A stretch of DNA of 64,000 nucleotides from Thermoplasmata archaeon. Its GTDB lineage: Archaea > Thermoplasmatota > Thermoplasmata > Lutacidiplasmatales > UBA184. This document shows positions 9,147 through 18,821 of this stretch, piece after piece. A program made the position numbers and the translations under genes. The stretch covers positions 10,152 through 74,151 of the forward strand of contig JBAUZT010000019.1 of assembly GCA_049585415.1 (NCBI GenBank). The letters run 5' to 3'. The stretch's first letter is position 1. Each line of letters begins with the position of its first letter. The notes under the pieces are model-generated. The model was not told the origin of the DNA. It did no database searches and saw nothing but the letters and a program-made list of their open reading frames with translations.

Positions 9147-10397
9147 CGCGTCCACGTCGCGCACTCGGACCGCGCCCTCCCTCAGCAGCGCCTCCCGGGT
9201 CGCAGCCGCCCGCCCCTGCGCGAATTCGAGGGAGACGCCCGAGGGCGGGTCGGCCAGGAAGACCGGGACCCTCGGTGCGAAGCCCCGGACGTCCTCGAGG
9301 TTCGCGAGATTCGAGGGGCCAACCGGGAACGGCGCCACGACGATTGCCTCGGCGGCATTGAGCAGGATTCGATGTCGCGCCCGGACCTCCGCGCTGAGGG
9401 GTGCGAAAGGTATCTCGACCGCGGTCAGTACCCCGAGCGATTCCGCGGCTTCCGTATCGGAATCGAAGAGCGAGAGCGCGCCGGCGGTCACCTCGTAGCC
9501 CGCTTCGACCAGCCGACGAAGGTACGGCACTCCGGTTCCGCCACCCGCGACCACATGGACCCGGGGTCGGTGAGAGAGCCGAACTGCGGCCGGCTCGGGT
9601 CCGAGGGGCAGCTGGGGGATGAGGTAGGGGAGACCGGTGGCTGCATCCCGTCGCAATTCGGCCACGACCCCCCAGACCCGGGCGAGGAGCTCGGGAGAGA
9701 GGATCGCGGAAGGAGTTCCCTCGGCCACGAGCTGACCGTGCGAGAGCACAGCGACCCGGTCCGCGAACCGGGCGGCGAGATTCAGGTCGTGCAGCGCGAC
9801 GATCACCGCCCGCCCGTCCCTGCGAGCGATCCGGCGCACGCGCACGAGTAGGTCGAGCTGGTGACCGACATCGAGGTGCGCCGTCGCCTCGTCCAGTAGC
9901 AGGATGGGAGCTTCCTGAGCGAGGACGCGCGCGAGGCGGGCCCGCTGTCGCTCCCCTCCGCTGAGTTCCAGCATTCCTCGGTCCGCCAGGGCAGTCACGT
10001 CGGCGTCGGCCAGCGCCGCCGTCACCGCGCGCTCGTCCGCCTCTCGCTCGGGGGTCAGCGGAGGAATGTGGGCGAACCGGCCGTACCGAACGTAGTCCCG
10101 AACGGGGACGTTGTCCCCCAGCGGTTCCTCCTGGGGCATCCATGCTAGGGCTCGCGCCCGCTCCCGCAGGGAGAGTTCCGACAGGAGCCGGCCGAGGATC
10201 CGGACCGACCCGCCCGAAAGATGTTCGAGGCCGGTGAGCGCCCGGAGGAAGCTCGACTTTCCGGAGCCGTTCGGTCCGGCGAGGGCCAGCACCTCCCCCT
10301 CGGGGACCTCGATGGAGACCGAGCGAACCGCAACCTCGTCGTGATACCGAACCGAAACCGCATCGGCCTGCACCGGAAGGACCGGAGGAGAGGTCAT
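9093..10397 (-). CDS. ABC importer ATP-binding protein (FecE/BtuD-like) with a roughly 180-aa C-terminal extension
   Basis: Walker A GPNGSGKSS, signature LSGGERQR, Walker B LLLDEATAHLD and an H-loop. The start is 10397 (MTSPPVLP), overlapping the permease stop with ATGA. The upstream part of the 772-aa track ORF is antisense noise. Confidence 0.8.
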   Translation of the reverse strand: MTSPPVLPVQADAVSVRYHDEVAVRSVSIEVPEGEVLALAGPNGSGKSSFLRALTGLEHLSGGSVRILGRLLSELSLRERARALAWMPQEEPLGDNVPVRDYVRYGRFAHIPPLTPEREADERAVTAALADADVTALADRGMLELSGGERQRARLARVLAQEAPILLLDEATAHLDVGHQLDLLVRVRRIARRDGRAVIVALHDLNLAARFADRVAVLSHGQLVAEGTPSAILSPELLARVWGVVAELRRDAATGLPYLIPQLPLGPEPAAVRLSHRPRVHVVAGGGTGVPYLRRLVEAGYEVTAGALSLFDSDTEAAESLGVLTAVEIPFAPLSAEVRARHRILLNAAEAIVVAPFPVGPSNLANLEDVRGFAPRVPVFLADPPSGVSLEFAQGRAAATREALLREGAVRVRDVDALVAAMAARFRAPDAPTP

Positions 10398-11530
10398 GCG
10401 GTGGGCCTCCCGCCCCCGGTCAGTCCTCCCGGGCGATAGAGAAGATACAGAAAGAACGGGGCGCCGGCGAAGGCGGTCGGAATCCCGACCGGGATGACCA
10501 CCGATGGGATGACCGACTGGGCGAGGTCCCAAGCGAGCACCAGGAACGTCGCTCCGACCAGTCCGGAGATGGGGAGTACGACTCGATAGTCCGGGCCGAC
10601 CAAACGTCGAACCACGTGAGGCGACACGAGGCCGACAAACCCGATTACGCCACTGAAGGCGACGGCCACGGCCGTGAGCATGGTGGAGAGAATGATCACT
10701 CGTCGAGTGGTCCTGCCGGCGTCGACACCGACGCTCTGGGCGACGTCCCGCCCGAGCTGCAGCACATTCAGGGAGCGCGCGTGCAGGGCGATCAACGTTC
10801 CCGCGATGAGGAGGACACCGAGCACGATGCCGTCGCGCGTCCAGGAGGCATCGCCGAGGCTCCCCAGGAGCCAGAAGTTCACCTGTTGTCCGCTCGTCGG
10901 GTTGTAGATGAGGAGGGCGTCCAGCAGCGCGGCGAAGAGGAAGTTGAGCGCGACCCCCGTGAGCAGCAGGGTCTGTACCGAACGCCCTCGACCGCTCGCC
11001 GCGAAGTAGACGACCGTCCCGGGGAGCATCCCGCCGACGAACGCGAGCACCGGCAGGAAGGTCGCCTGTTGGGCCGGCGCGAGGTTGAAGGCGAACAGGA
11101 TCGCGGCGCCGGCCGCGGCCCCCGTCGACAACCCGAGCAGGTACGGGTCCACGAGCGGGTTGCGGAACACGCCTTGCAAAGCCCCGCCCGAGATTCCGAG
11201 GGCGATCCCGACGAACACCGCCAGGAGAAGCGCCGGGAAGCGCGCCCCCCAGATGATCTCTGTCTGGATGGTGCATTGGGCCCCGCTCAGCGAGGAAGGG
11301 CAGGGCGACGACGGTGCGAGGCCTCCGGTGACGTGGTATCCTACGACCCAGAACACCGTGGACCAGGGAATGACCTGGGAACCCGTGAGCGGTCCGACGA
11401 CCGTGGACCACACGACCAGGACCGCAAGGCCGGCCACGAGCGCGGTCACGACCAACCAGCGTCGAGCCGGACGGTGGACCGGGCCCCGCGCGGAAGGGTC
11501 CGCGGCCGTGACTTGCGTGACCATCCCCAC
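10394..11530 (-). CDS. FecCD-family ABC permease (iron-siderophore/cobalamin type)
   Basis: Polytopic membrane protein with a typical BtuC/FecD hydrophobic profile. Translationally coupled to the ATPase gene. Confidence 0.8.
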   Translation of the reverse strand: MGMVTQVTAADPSARGPVHRPARRWLVVTALVAGLAVLVVWSTVVGPLTGSQVIPWSTVFWVVGYHVTGGLAPSSPCPSSLSGAQCTIQTEIIWGARFPALLLAVFVGIALGISGGALQGVFRNPLVDPYLLGLSTGAAAGAAILFAFNLAPAQQATFLPVLAFVGGMLPGTVVYFAASGRGRSVQTLLLTGVALNFLFAALLDALLIYNPTSGQQVNFWLLGSLGDASWTRDGIVLGVLLIAGTLIALHARSLNVLQLGRDVAQSVGVDAGRTTRRVIILSTMLTAVAVAFSGVIGFVGLVSPHVVRRLVGPDYRVVLPISGLVGATFLVLAWDLAQSVIPSVVIPVGIPTAFAGAPFFLYLLYRPGGLTGGGRPTA

Positions 11531-11542
11531 CGACCCGCCGGT

Positions 11543-12598
11543 TCAGCCCGACGGAACGGGTGCGAGCGTCGGGTGGAGCCAGTACTGGAGCCAGGGGAGT
11601 TCGAGCAACATGGTGGGGTCCGCCTCGGTGATCACGGTGACGTCAATCGGGATCTTGGAACCGTTGAGCTGATCCCAATAGGGGGCCGTCGGCCAAACGG
11701 ACGGGGTCTCGTTCGCTACGAGATACGCGTCGTTCCAGCTGGTCCCGTAGAGAATGATCGACGGTTGGTCCGAGAGAACCACCGTGGCGTTGATCTCGGC
11801 GTACTCGAGAGGAACCCCTGCGGAGATGCTCGAACCGGCCGCGAGGTCGATCAACGACTGCCCGAACGTGCCCGGTCCGTACGTATAGTAGCCCAGGTCG
11901 TCGAAGTAGTATGTCAGCAGGACGGAGGGGATGGGCGTCGCATTGTCGGCGAGGAGATTGTCAAAGGCGGTCGCGTTCGTCAGGGCCCCCTCGAGCGACG
12001 CGTCGAGCGCCGTCGCCGCTGGGTGCGAGCTCGGGAACAGCTCGGCAACCAGATTGACATCTCCGACGATTCCGTCGAGCGTGGACGGGGCCAGGATTAC
12101 GACGGGAAGATTGTAGGTGGTCGTCAACGTGGCCACGTCGGTCGCGGACGTGATCGTGGTGGCGAGGACCAATTGAGGGTTGAGCGTAGCGACCTGCTCC
12201 GTGTTCAAGCTGGGGTAGTCCGTGACACAGAGTGAGCTCGTCAGGTTCCACTCCGCCGTCTGATTCGGAGAGTACTCGTTCAAGATACCTCCCGTCAGTT
12301 CCGGCGTGCAACCGATGCCGACAACCCGGTCACGCAGTCCCAGTCGGAACACGATATCCATGACGTTGGGCGCGAGCACCACGATACGGCTCGCGTTCGA
12401 CGGAGCCACGACCGTCCGGCCGAGATCGTCGACGACGGTGACCGTACCCGGACCTGGAGTGCTGCAGCAGGCGGAGCTCCGGAGCTCGAAGTACGCGGCG
12501 GTGCCGACGACCGCGACACCCGCGGTTAACAAGATCGCGACGACCAGGAGAGTGGTGGAAATCGTTCTCGGTGTGGGCGCTGGAGGATTCAATGCCAT
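11543..12598 (-). CDS. ABC transporter substrate-binding protein (cluster A, FecB/BtuF-like), membrane anchored
   Basis: N-terminal TM/signal (MALNPPAPTPRTISTTLLVVAILLTAGVAVVG), Thr-rich sequon-rich mature domain. Position in the operon with the permease and ATPase supports the call. Confidence 0.65.
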   Translation of the reverse strand: MALNPPAPTPRTISTTLLVVAILLTAGVAVVGTAAYFELRSSACCSTPGPGTVTVVDDLGRTVVAPSNASRIVVLAPNVMDIVFRLGLRDRVVGIGCTPELTGGILNEYSPNQTAEWNLTSSLCVTDYPSLNTEQVATLNPQLVLATTITSATDVATLTTTYNLPVVILAPSTLDGIVGDVNLVAELFPSSHPAATALDASLEGALTNATAFDNLLADNATPIPSVLLTYYFDDLGYYTYGPGTFGQSLIDLAAGSSISAGVPLEYAEINATVVLSDQPSIILYGTSWNDAYLVANETPSVWPTAPYWDQLNGSKIPIDVTVITEADPTMLLELPWLQYWLHPTLAPVPSG

Positions 12599-12716
12599 GA
12601 TAACGTAGGCAATTACTATTGAGCATAAAGGTTCCGAGCGAGGCCGAGCGGCCGCGCGCCCTCGGTCGGTCCCTCCCAGCAAAGGATATCTTGTCGGTCC
12701 ACTCCGAAAACTCGGA

Positions 12717-12882
12717 GGGAGCATAGGCTAACTTGGCAGACCAGCGGGCTCCAGTCAGGGTGCGGTCACTCGTGCCCTGTGAATATGGGTCTGCGGAGGA
12801 ACGCGAGCGGCGTTCCTGTGACGATTGACTGGAGCGCGCGGAGAGACCCGCATATGGGGGTTCAAATCCCCCTGCTCCCACC
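12717..12882 (+). tRNA. tRNA-Trp (anticodon CCA) with a roughly 91-nt intron (12755..12845) at the canonical 37/38 position
   Basis: Acceptor GGGAGCA/TGCTCCC, T-arm GGGGG-TTCAAAT-CCCCC, anticodon stem GCGGG/CCCGC, loop CUCCAG with the intron inserted after position 37. The CC of CCA is encoded. Confidence 0.7.
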
Positions 12883-12894
12883 TCTCCCGCCGCG

Positions 12895-14151
12895 CTAGTA
12901 CTTCATCCGTCGAACGCCCGGCAGAGCGAAGGCCAGCACCCCCGCGACGAGGAAACCGACCCCGACCTCGATCCCGAGACGGGTCGGGTTGCCACCGAGC
13001 GCGATGTCGCTGATGACCAGTGCCCCGATCGAGCCGCTGATCCCGGGGAAGAGGTACATGTTCGAAAACAGGCGGCCGATCTGCTCTGGCGCGACCGAGC
13101 CCCGAAAGAAGACGAACTTCCCGCTAGTGTACACCGTGGTGGCCACTCCAACGACGAACCATGCGGCCGCCGCCAGAAGCAGCGTTGGCGGCAGTGTCAC
13201 CGCCGCGACGAACGCGGCCCCGGCCGCGAGCAACGAAACGCTGAGCACGAGTCCAACCCGTTGCCGAGGGTTCCACGATCCGAGCGCAAGACCCGCGACG
13301 ACGCCTCCGACGACCGACGCCGTGAACAGGATCGCATAGCCGAGAGTCGAGTCCGCGTACTCGACGGTGGCGATCAGCGCGATGAGGATTGCCGTCGCGC
13401 TAACGAAGAACCCTTCGATCGCATCGACGGCCGCGAGCTGGAGGAGCGGTCGACCGACCCCTCCGACGACGAGCTTCCATCCGTCCCGGAAACTCTCGAA
13501 GAACGTCGACGGCGCCGTCGCGGGCGGAGAGATGCGGAGCGGCATCGCGAGCGCCGCCGCCGCGAGCAGCAATGCGGCGTACAGGTACATGCCGCCCGCG
13601 GCTCCCACGACGAGGAGAAGGTACCCCCCCACGCCGTAGCCCAGGAGAGTGAGGGCTCCGCCGACCGCGCCCGAGAACCCCGACGCGGCGAACTGTTCGT
13701 CGGGCGATAGCAGCACACCGGGTGCAGCATTCTGCGCTGCCCAGCTCATGTCCCACAGCAGCGAGACGAGTGCGACGAGCGCCAGGAGCAGCTCGATCGT
13801 GAGGAAGCGGTCGTGGTAGCCGAACCCGATCACTGCCACGGCGAACGCCTGCACGGGGTAGGAAAGGAGGAAGATCGTCCGCTGATTCCGGACCCGGTCG
13901 ACGAATGGCCCGACGAGGAACGTGGCCGTGTAGCACGCGTATTCAACGAAGAGAACGGCGCCGACATCGAGGAAGTTGTGGAAGAGCGTGACGGTGAGCC
14001 AGACGATCGAGATGGTGTACACCGAGTAACCGACCGTCGACGCGTTCGACGAAGCGAGGAAGATCAGATACTGGCGGTTGCGGAGCACTGTGCGGTAGGC
14101 TCCTTCCGTGCGACCGTCCGTGATCCTCCCCTCCCCCGGATGTGCCGGCAC
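12895..14151 (-). CDS. MFS transporter
   Basis: About 12 predicted TM helices, Gly/Ala-rich, with an MFS-like profile. Confidence 0.65.
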   Translation of the reverse strand: MPAHPGEGRITDGRTEGAYRTVLRNRQYLIFLASSNASTVGYSVYTISIVWLTVTLFHNFLDVGAVLFVEYACYTATFLVGPFVDRVRNQRTIFLLSYPVQAFAVAVIGFGYHDRFLTIELLLALVALVSLLWDMSWAAQNAAPGVLLSPDEQFAASGFSGAVGGALTLLGYGVGGYLLLVVGAAGGMYLYAALLLAAAALAMPLRISPPATAPSTFFESFRDGWKLVVGGVGRPLLQLAAVDAIEGFFVSATAILIALIATVEYADSTLGYAILFTASVVGGVVAGLALGSWNPRQRVGLVLSVSLLAAGAAFVAAVTLPPTLLLAAAAWFVVGVATTVYTSGKFVFFRGSVAPEQIGRLFSNMYLFPGISGSIGALVISDIALGGNPTRLGIEVGVGFLVAGVLAFALPGVRRMKY

Positions 14152-14238
14152 GCAGGGGGCCCTAAGAGCCCCGGGGGTTCACAAAGTCCGTCGGCGCGGA
14201 ACTGACGGCTCAAATACCGGGAAGGCGAAACCCCTGCC

Positions 14239-14640
14239 GTGCTCGAATACACGGGAATACGGGTCCGCGACATGGCTCGCTCGATCCGATTTTACACCGA
14301 AGGCCTTGGACTCTCCTTGGGTCCGACGGGCCGAATGGCCGCCGGCGGGTTGTGGCAAGAACTCAAGGACCCTGAGTCGGGGTCCGTCCTCGAGCTGAAC
14401 TACTATCCCGGGGACCCTCCGTACCGCGAGGGGGACGAGCTCGATCATCTGGGATTTCGTGTCGATGACCTCTCGGCCTCCATCGTGCGTCTCGAAAAGC
14501 TCGGAGGGCGCGTCCGCATTCCGGCGTTCACCGAGGGCGACGAGCGTCTCGCGTTCCTGTCGGACCCCGATGGCGTGTGGGTCGAACTCTACGAGCGACG
14601 CGCCGAAGAGGTCCCTCCGACCTCCCGCGGCGGCGGCTAG
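14239..14640 (+). CDS. VOC family protein (glyoxalase/lactoylglutathione lyase-like)
   Basis: MLEYTGIRVRDMARSIRFYTEGLG... with LGF and GVWVELYE motifs typical of the glyoxalase fold. Confidence 0.75.
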   Translation: MLEYTGIRVRDMARSIRFYTEGLGLSLGPTGRMAAGGLWQELKDPESGSVLELNYYPGDPPYREGDELDHLGFRVDDLSASIVRLEKLGGRVRIPAFTEGDERLAFLSDPDGVWVELYERRAEEVPPTSRGGG

Positions 14641-14709
14641 GCCGACCCGCCGTTTCCCTCGACCCATGGTCATAAGAAGGGACTCCCGCCTCGGTGGAAA
14701 CGGTCATCC

Positions 14710-16455
14710 TTGGAACCATCGAGCCCTTCGACCGGGAGCGCCCCGCTGCCACCCGAGGTGCCGAAGCAGGCGGTTTCGCTCACCCTGAGTTCGGGGGCGG
14801 TCTTCGCGGCCCAGGTCGCGACCCAGCTGATCGGATTCATCGGGAGCCTCTTTCTCTACAAGCACATCGGAATCTCCCAGCAAGGGCAGGTCCTCCTCGG
14901 AACGGTTCAGTTCTTCCTCTTGATCGGGTCGTCGATCAACGGGATCGGCGACCTCCGTCTCGGCACCGCCTACACGTTCTTCATCGCCCGAGGGAAGCCC
15001 CCGACCGACAACACGACAGTCTATCTCGTGACCCGCATGGCGATGGTCGCGGTCGCGGGGGCGTTCATCTTCGCCTTAGCGCCGACCGTCGGGCTCACGA
15101 CGAGCCAGCTCGAGCTCACCTCGCTCGGGATCTTCGTCGCGCTTCCGCTGCTCTGGTCGTTCTCGACGGTCTACAATCAGCTGTTCATCGGACTCGGCAA
15201 CTCGGTGAGGGCGCAGTATCCGGCGCTCATCGAGGCCTCGGCCCGGCTCCCCGTGCTGATCTGGGTCGCGTACTACGACCACTCGGTCCTCGGGCTGACC
15301 TTCGCCTACGTGGTCGGCGCCGCCTCCTCCACGATCTACTCCCTACCCGCCGTGATCCAGCGGCTGCGGGGTTTCCGGTGGCCCGAGGGGATCCGAATGT
15401 TCCGCTTCGCCTGGCCATTGATGGGCGCGCTCGTCCTCAACTATCTCGTCACCAACATGATCCCGCTCCTGGTCGAGGTGGGGCTCGGATACCGGAATCT
15501 CTCGATCTTCCTCGCCGCCAACGGTTGGCGCATCCTCGTGCTGTCGCTGCCGGCGGCCGTGACCACTCCGCTCTTCCCGTACATCGCTGGCCTTCATCAG
15601 CAGGAACGATACCAGGCGGTCCGGGAAGGGGCCTGGCAGGCGTTACGTTACACATCGATCCTCCTCGTCCCGGGAGTTCTCGCGCTCGTCGTCTACCGGA
15701 ATAACTTCCTCAACATCTTCGCGAACGGGCTCTACGCCGGCCCGGGCGCTCTCCCGCTGGCCATCCTGGTCGTGGGAGCGATACCGCTCGCGCTCAGCCA
15801 GATCATGCAATCGACCCTGAACTCCATCGGGCGTCAACGGCTCGAGCTCTACCTGACCGGCACGCAGGTCATCGTCCTCTTCGCTGCGGTGTTCCTGTTC
15901 CTACCGCCGTGGGGGTTCTTCCCCGCGAGCGACGGTCTCGTCGCCGCCTCGGTGGCCGTGCTGCTCTCCTCCGTCACGGCGCTCGCGCTGAACACCTACT
16001 TCCTAGAGAAACTGATCCGTGTACGGATCCAACCGTGGTCGATCCTCGGCATCACGGTGAGCGCGATCATCGCCTTCGGGGCGATCTCGCGGCTGAACAA
16101 GTATCTCCCCGTGAACACCTGGTATCAGCTGCTCTCGGTCGTTCTCCTCTGCTTCGCGGTGTATTTCGTCGTCCTCGCGCTTGTCGGCGAGCTGTCGAAG
16201 CAGGACGTTCGTCGTATTGGGCGGTCGATGGGTCTCCCGTCCCGCTCCCTCGAAGCGATCGCCCGGATGTGCTGGCGGGTGTCGTCACCGGGCCTTCCGC
16301 CCGTCGACCTTTCCCGGGCCCCGGGGCTCCAGCCGCTTCGAACCACGGAGCTACCCGAGACGTTCACCGGGACCCGAGAGATGCCCGACATCGGCACGCC
16401 GACGTCCGAGGAGCTCGAGCAGGGCACCCCGCCAGGCTCCCCGCCTCCGAACTAG
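14710..16455 (+). CDS. polysaccharide biosynthesis protein / oligosaccharide flippase (MOP/Wzx-like)
   Basis: 581 aa, about 12-14 TM helices, with the architecture of the archaeal polysaccharide-biosynthesis (Wzx-like) family. Hydrophilic Pro-rich C-terminal tail. Confidence 0.5.
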   Translation: MEPSSPSTGSAPLPPEVPKQAVSLTLSSGAVFAAQVATQLIGFIGSLFLYKHIGISQQGQVLLGTVQFFLLIGSSINGIGDLRLGTAYTFFIARGKPPTDNTTVYLVTRMAMVAVAGAFIFALAPTVGLTTSQLELTSLGIFVALPLLWSFSTVYNQLFIGLGNSVRAQYPALIEASARLPVLIWVAYYDHSVLGLTFAYVVGAASSTIYSLPAVIQRLRGFRWPEGIRMFRFAWPLMGALVLNYLVTNMIPLLVEVGLGYRNLSIFLAANGWRILVLSLPAAVTTPLFPYIAGLHQQERYQAVREGAWQALRYTSILLVPGVLALVVYRNNFLNIFANGLYAGPGALPLAILVVGAIPLALSQIMQSTLNSIGRQRLELYLTGTQVIVLFAAVFLFLPPWGFFPASDGLVAASVAVLLSSVTALALNTYFLEKLIRVRIQPWSILGITVSAIIAFGAISRLNKYLPVNTWYQLLSVVLLCFAVYFVVLALVGELSKQDVRRIGRSMGLPSRSLEAIARMCWRVSSPGLPPVDLSRAPGLQPLRTTELPETFTGTREMPDIGTPTSEELEQGTPPGSPPPN

Positions 16456-16606
16456 GCGCAGTCGGGCACCGGCCGGCATGGTTGTCTGCGCGTGCGCTAC
16501 TTTGACATTCCGATAGGGCCGGTGGTTTTCCTCGGAAGTTTGTCGCTGCGGGAGCGTCAGAGAGCTTATGGGCACGGACCTGGTTCTTTTGGTGAGGTAG
16601 CCGCCA

Positions 16607-17001
16607 TGGTGCACGTCGAGATTCGACCCGCGGCGATGGAGCAAGTGAAGACGCTCATTCGCGGCCAGAAGCCCGAGATCGGAGTGCGGGTGTACGCCCA
16701 GCCCGGTGGCGGGGGATGTTGCGGCGGCGGTAGCGCAGTCCAGTTCGGGCTCGCGTTCGCCAAACCCCGCGCGGACGACGAGGTGGTCCGGGTCGACGGC
16801 TTCGCCGTCCTCGTGGACCCGACGAGCACCAAGTTCGTCGACGGTGCGGTCATCGATTACGTCGAGGACCTTAGCCAGTCCGGTTTCAAAATTACGAACC
16901 CCACGCTCCCCGAGCCGGACGCGAAAGGTCTGGCGGGGGGATGCACCTCTTGTGGCAGCAACGCCGAAAACGGCGGCGGTTGCGGCTGCGGAAGCCACTA
17001 G
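16607..17001 (+). CDS. HesB/IscA-family Fe-S cluster insertion protein
   Basis: MVHVEIRPAAMEQVKTL..., a conserved Cys in the GGGCCGGG region and a C-terminal C-x-x-C-G-S motif (GGCTSCGS), plus a Gly/Cys-rich tail. Start chosen at an internal ATG. Confidence 0.65.
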
Positions 17002-17140
17002 ACGGACGGGCCCCGACGAACGCCGCCCTCCAGATTGGACGGTCCCCGGCGTGTGACCCGGGCCGTCGCGCCCCGGGGGCCCCCGATTTTGTCGTCAGAA
17101 AACGCACGGTTAAGTACCGTCCCCGAGTGGGCGCGGTCCC

Positions 17141-18067
17141 ATGAGCGGGGAAGCATTGCGGAGCGTCGACCTCCGCAAGATCTACGAGTCGCGGGGCACC
17201 GCTCCCGTCGAGGCGCTCACCGGCGTCTCGATGGAGGTCCACCGCGGCGAGCGGGTAGCGCTCCTCGGCCGGAACGGTGCGGGGAAGACGACGTTCCTCA
17301 AGATCGCCTCGACGCTCCTCCGCCCGACGTCCGGTAGCGTCGAGGTGTTCGGGTTCGACGTGCGCGACGCCCCCGAGAAGGCCCGACCGTACATCGCGGT
17401 CGTTCCCCAGGAGGGGAAGCCGTTTTTCCACCTCACCCCCCGAGAGCAGATCTACACCTATCTCCGGGCCCGAGGGTTCAGCAAAGAGACGGCGAAGTCC
17501 CGCACCGAGGACGCGGTCGAGCGGATGGGGCTCACCGGGTTCGCGGACCGGCTCTCGGTGACGCTCTCGGGCGGCCAGCGCCAGCGGACGATGGTGGCGA
17601 CCGTGATCGCGACCGAGTCCCCGCTGCTCTTCCTCGACGAGCCGACGATCGGCATGGACCCGTTCGCGCGCCGAGAGGTATGGGCGTCGCTGCGGACGCT
17701 CACCCAAAAGGGATCGACGATCCTCTTGACGACGCATTACCTCGACGAGGCCGAGGTCCTCAGCAATCGACTCTACATCGTCGAGCAGGGTCGCGTGCTC
17801 TCGAGCGGCACGGCGGAGGACCTGAAGCGTTCGGTCGGCGGCACGATCAAGGTCTTGATGCCGGAGGGCGCCGCTCAGGTCGACCGCTTCCGCTCGTTCG
17901 GCCACTGCGTGACCGACGGGCCGGCGCTCACCGTCATCGTGCAGCCGGACGTCCTCGGGGAGCTGATGGAGCTCACCGTTCGGTCGGAATTGACCGCGAC
18001 GGTGGGTCCGGTGACCTTGGAGGAAGCGTTCCTGCGCGCCGTAGGACGGTCGATCGATGCAGAGTAA
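17141..18067 (+). CDS. ABC-2 type transporter ATP-binding protein
   Basis: Walker A GRNGAGKTT, signature LSGGQRQR, Walker B LLFLDEPT. Confidence 0.85.
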   Translation: MSGEALRSVDLRKIYESRGTAPVEALTGVSMEVHRGERVALLGRNGAGKTTFLKIASTLLRPTSGSVEVFGFDVRDAPEKARPYIAVVPQEGKPFFHLTPREQIYTYLRARGFSKETAKSRTEDAVERMGLTGFADRLSVTLSGGQRQRTMVATVIATESPLLFLDEPTIGMDPFARREVWASLRTLTQKGSTILLTTHYLDEAEVLSNRLYIVEQGRVLSSGTAEDLKRSVGGTIKVLMPEGAAQVDRFRSFGHCVTDGPALTVIVQPDVLGELMELTVRSELTATVGPVTLEEAFLRAVGRSIDAE

Positions 18068-18821
18068 CCAGTCCCTCGCCCCGTCGCGCGCGTTCGCCGG
18101 CACGCTGGCCTTCCTCTGGACCGAGGTGCTCGTCCAGGGGAACGAACGGATGGCGATGCTCACGTCGATGGTGGTCCCCGGGATCATCCTAGTCTTCGTG
18201 CTGATCCTGAACCCGGCGCTCTTCTCGATCGCGCTCGTCGGGGCGATCCTCTTCTCGACGTTCACGATGGGCCAGCGCGTGCTCAACGAGGCGGCGTATC
18301 TTCGGATCGACCACAAGGCGAACGACCTCTACCTCGCCGGCCCGATGACCCCCGAAGCGTACTTCGTCGGCATGTCGGTCGGCATCTTGATCATCTACCT
18401 CACGCCCACCGTCTTCCTCGGGATCCTCGCGACGTTCGTCGTCCCGCTTTCGCTCGCCACGGGTCTCCTCTTGCTCGCCCTCGCCTCGGTCGTCTGGCTG
18501 TTCGCCGCCTCCACCGGTTACATCTTCTCGACGTTCTTCCGGGACAACCGCGCGATCTGGGCGTACTCGAGCCTGTTCTTCAACGTCTTCGGCGTCCTCA
18601 TGCCAGTGTTCTACCCGCTCGCGCTCTTCCCCGCGGACGTTCGACCGATCGCGCTCCTCCTGCCGCCGAGCGCGGCCGCCGCGCTCGTGCAATCGGCGAT
18701 CGGGGTGACCTCGCTCTCGTCGGCCCAGGTCGCGCTCGCGGTCGGGGGCCTCGTCGTCGAGACCTCGGCCCTCTTCGTCTTCGCGATCTACTGGGCGCGT
18801 CGAACCGTGAGGGAGCGCTAG
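18057..18821 (+). CDS. ABC-2 type transporter permease
   Basis: Six-TM hydrophobic protein overlapping the ATPase stop. Confidence 0.6.
   Translation: MQSNQSLAPSRAFAGTLAFLWTEVLVQGNERMAMLTSMVVPGIILVFVLILNPALFSIALVGAILFSTFTMGQRVLNEAAYLRIDHKANDLYLAGPMTPEAYFVGMSVGILIIYLTPTVFLGILATFVVPLSLATGLLLLALASVVWLFAASTGYIFSTFFRDNRAIWAYSSLFFNVFGVLMPVFYPLALFPADVRPIALLLPPSAAAALVQSAIGVTSLSSAQVALAVGGLVVETSALFVFAIYWARRTVRER

Noticed and set aside
9019-10143. 374-aa minus-strand ORF overlapping the ABC ATPase gene in another frame.
   Set aside because: Arg/Gly-rich low-complexity translation. The ATPase frame contains Walker A/B and signature motifs.
12330-12881. 183-aa minus-strand ORF spanning the tRNA-Trp gene.
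   Set aside because: Overlaps a well-folding tRNA and has biased composition. Spurious.
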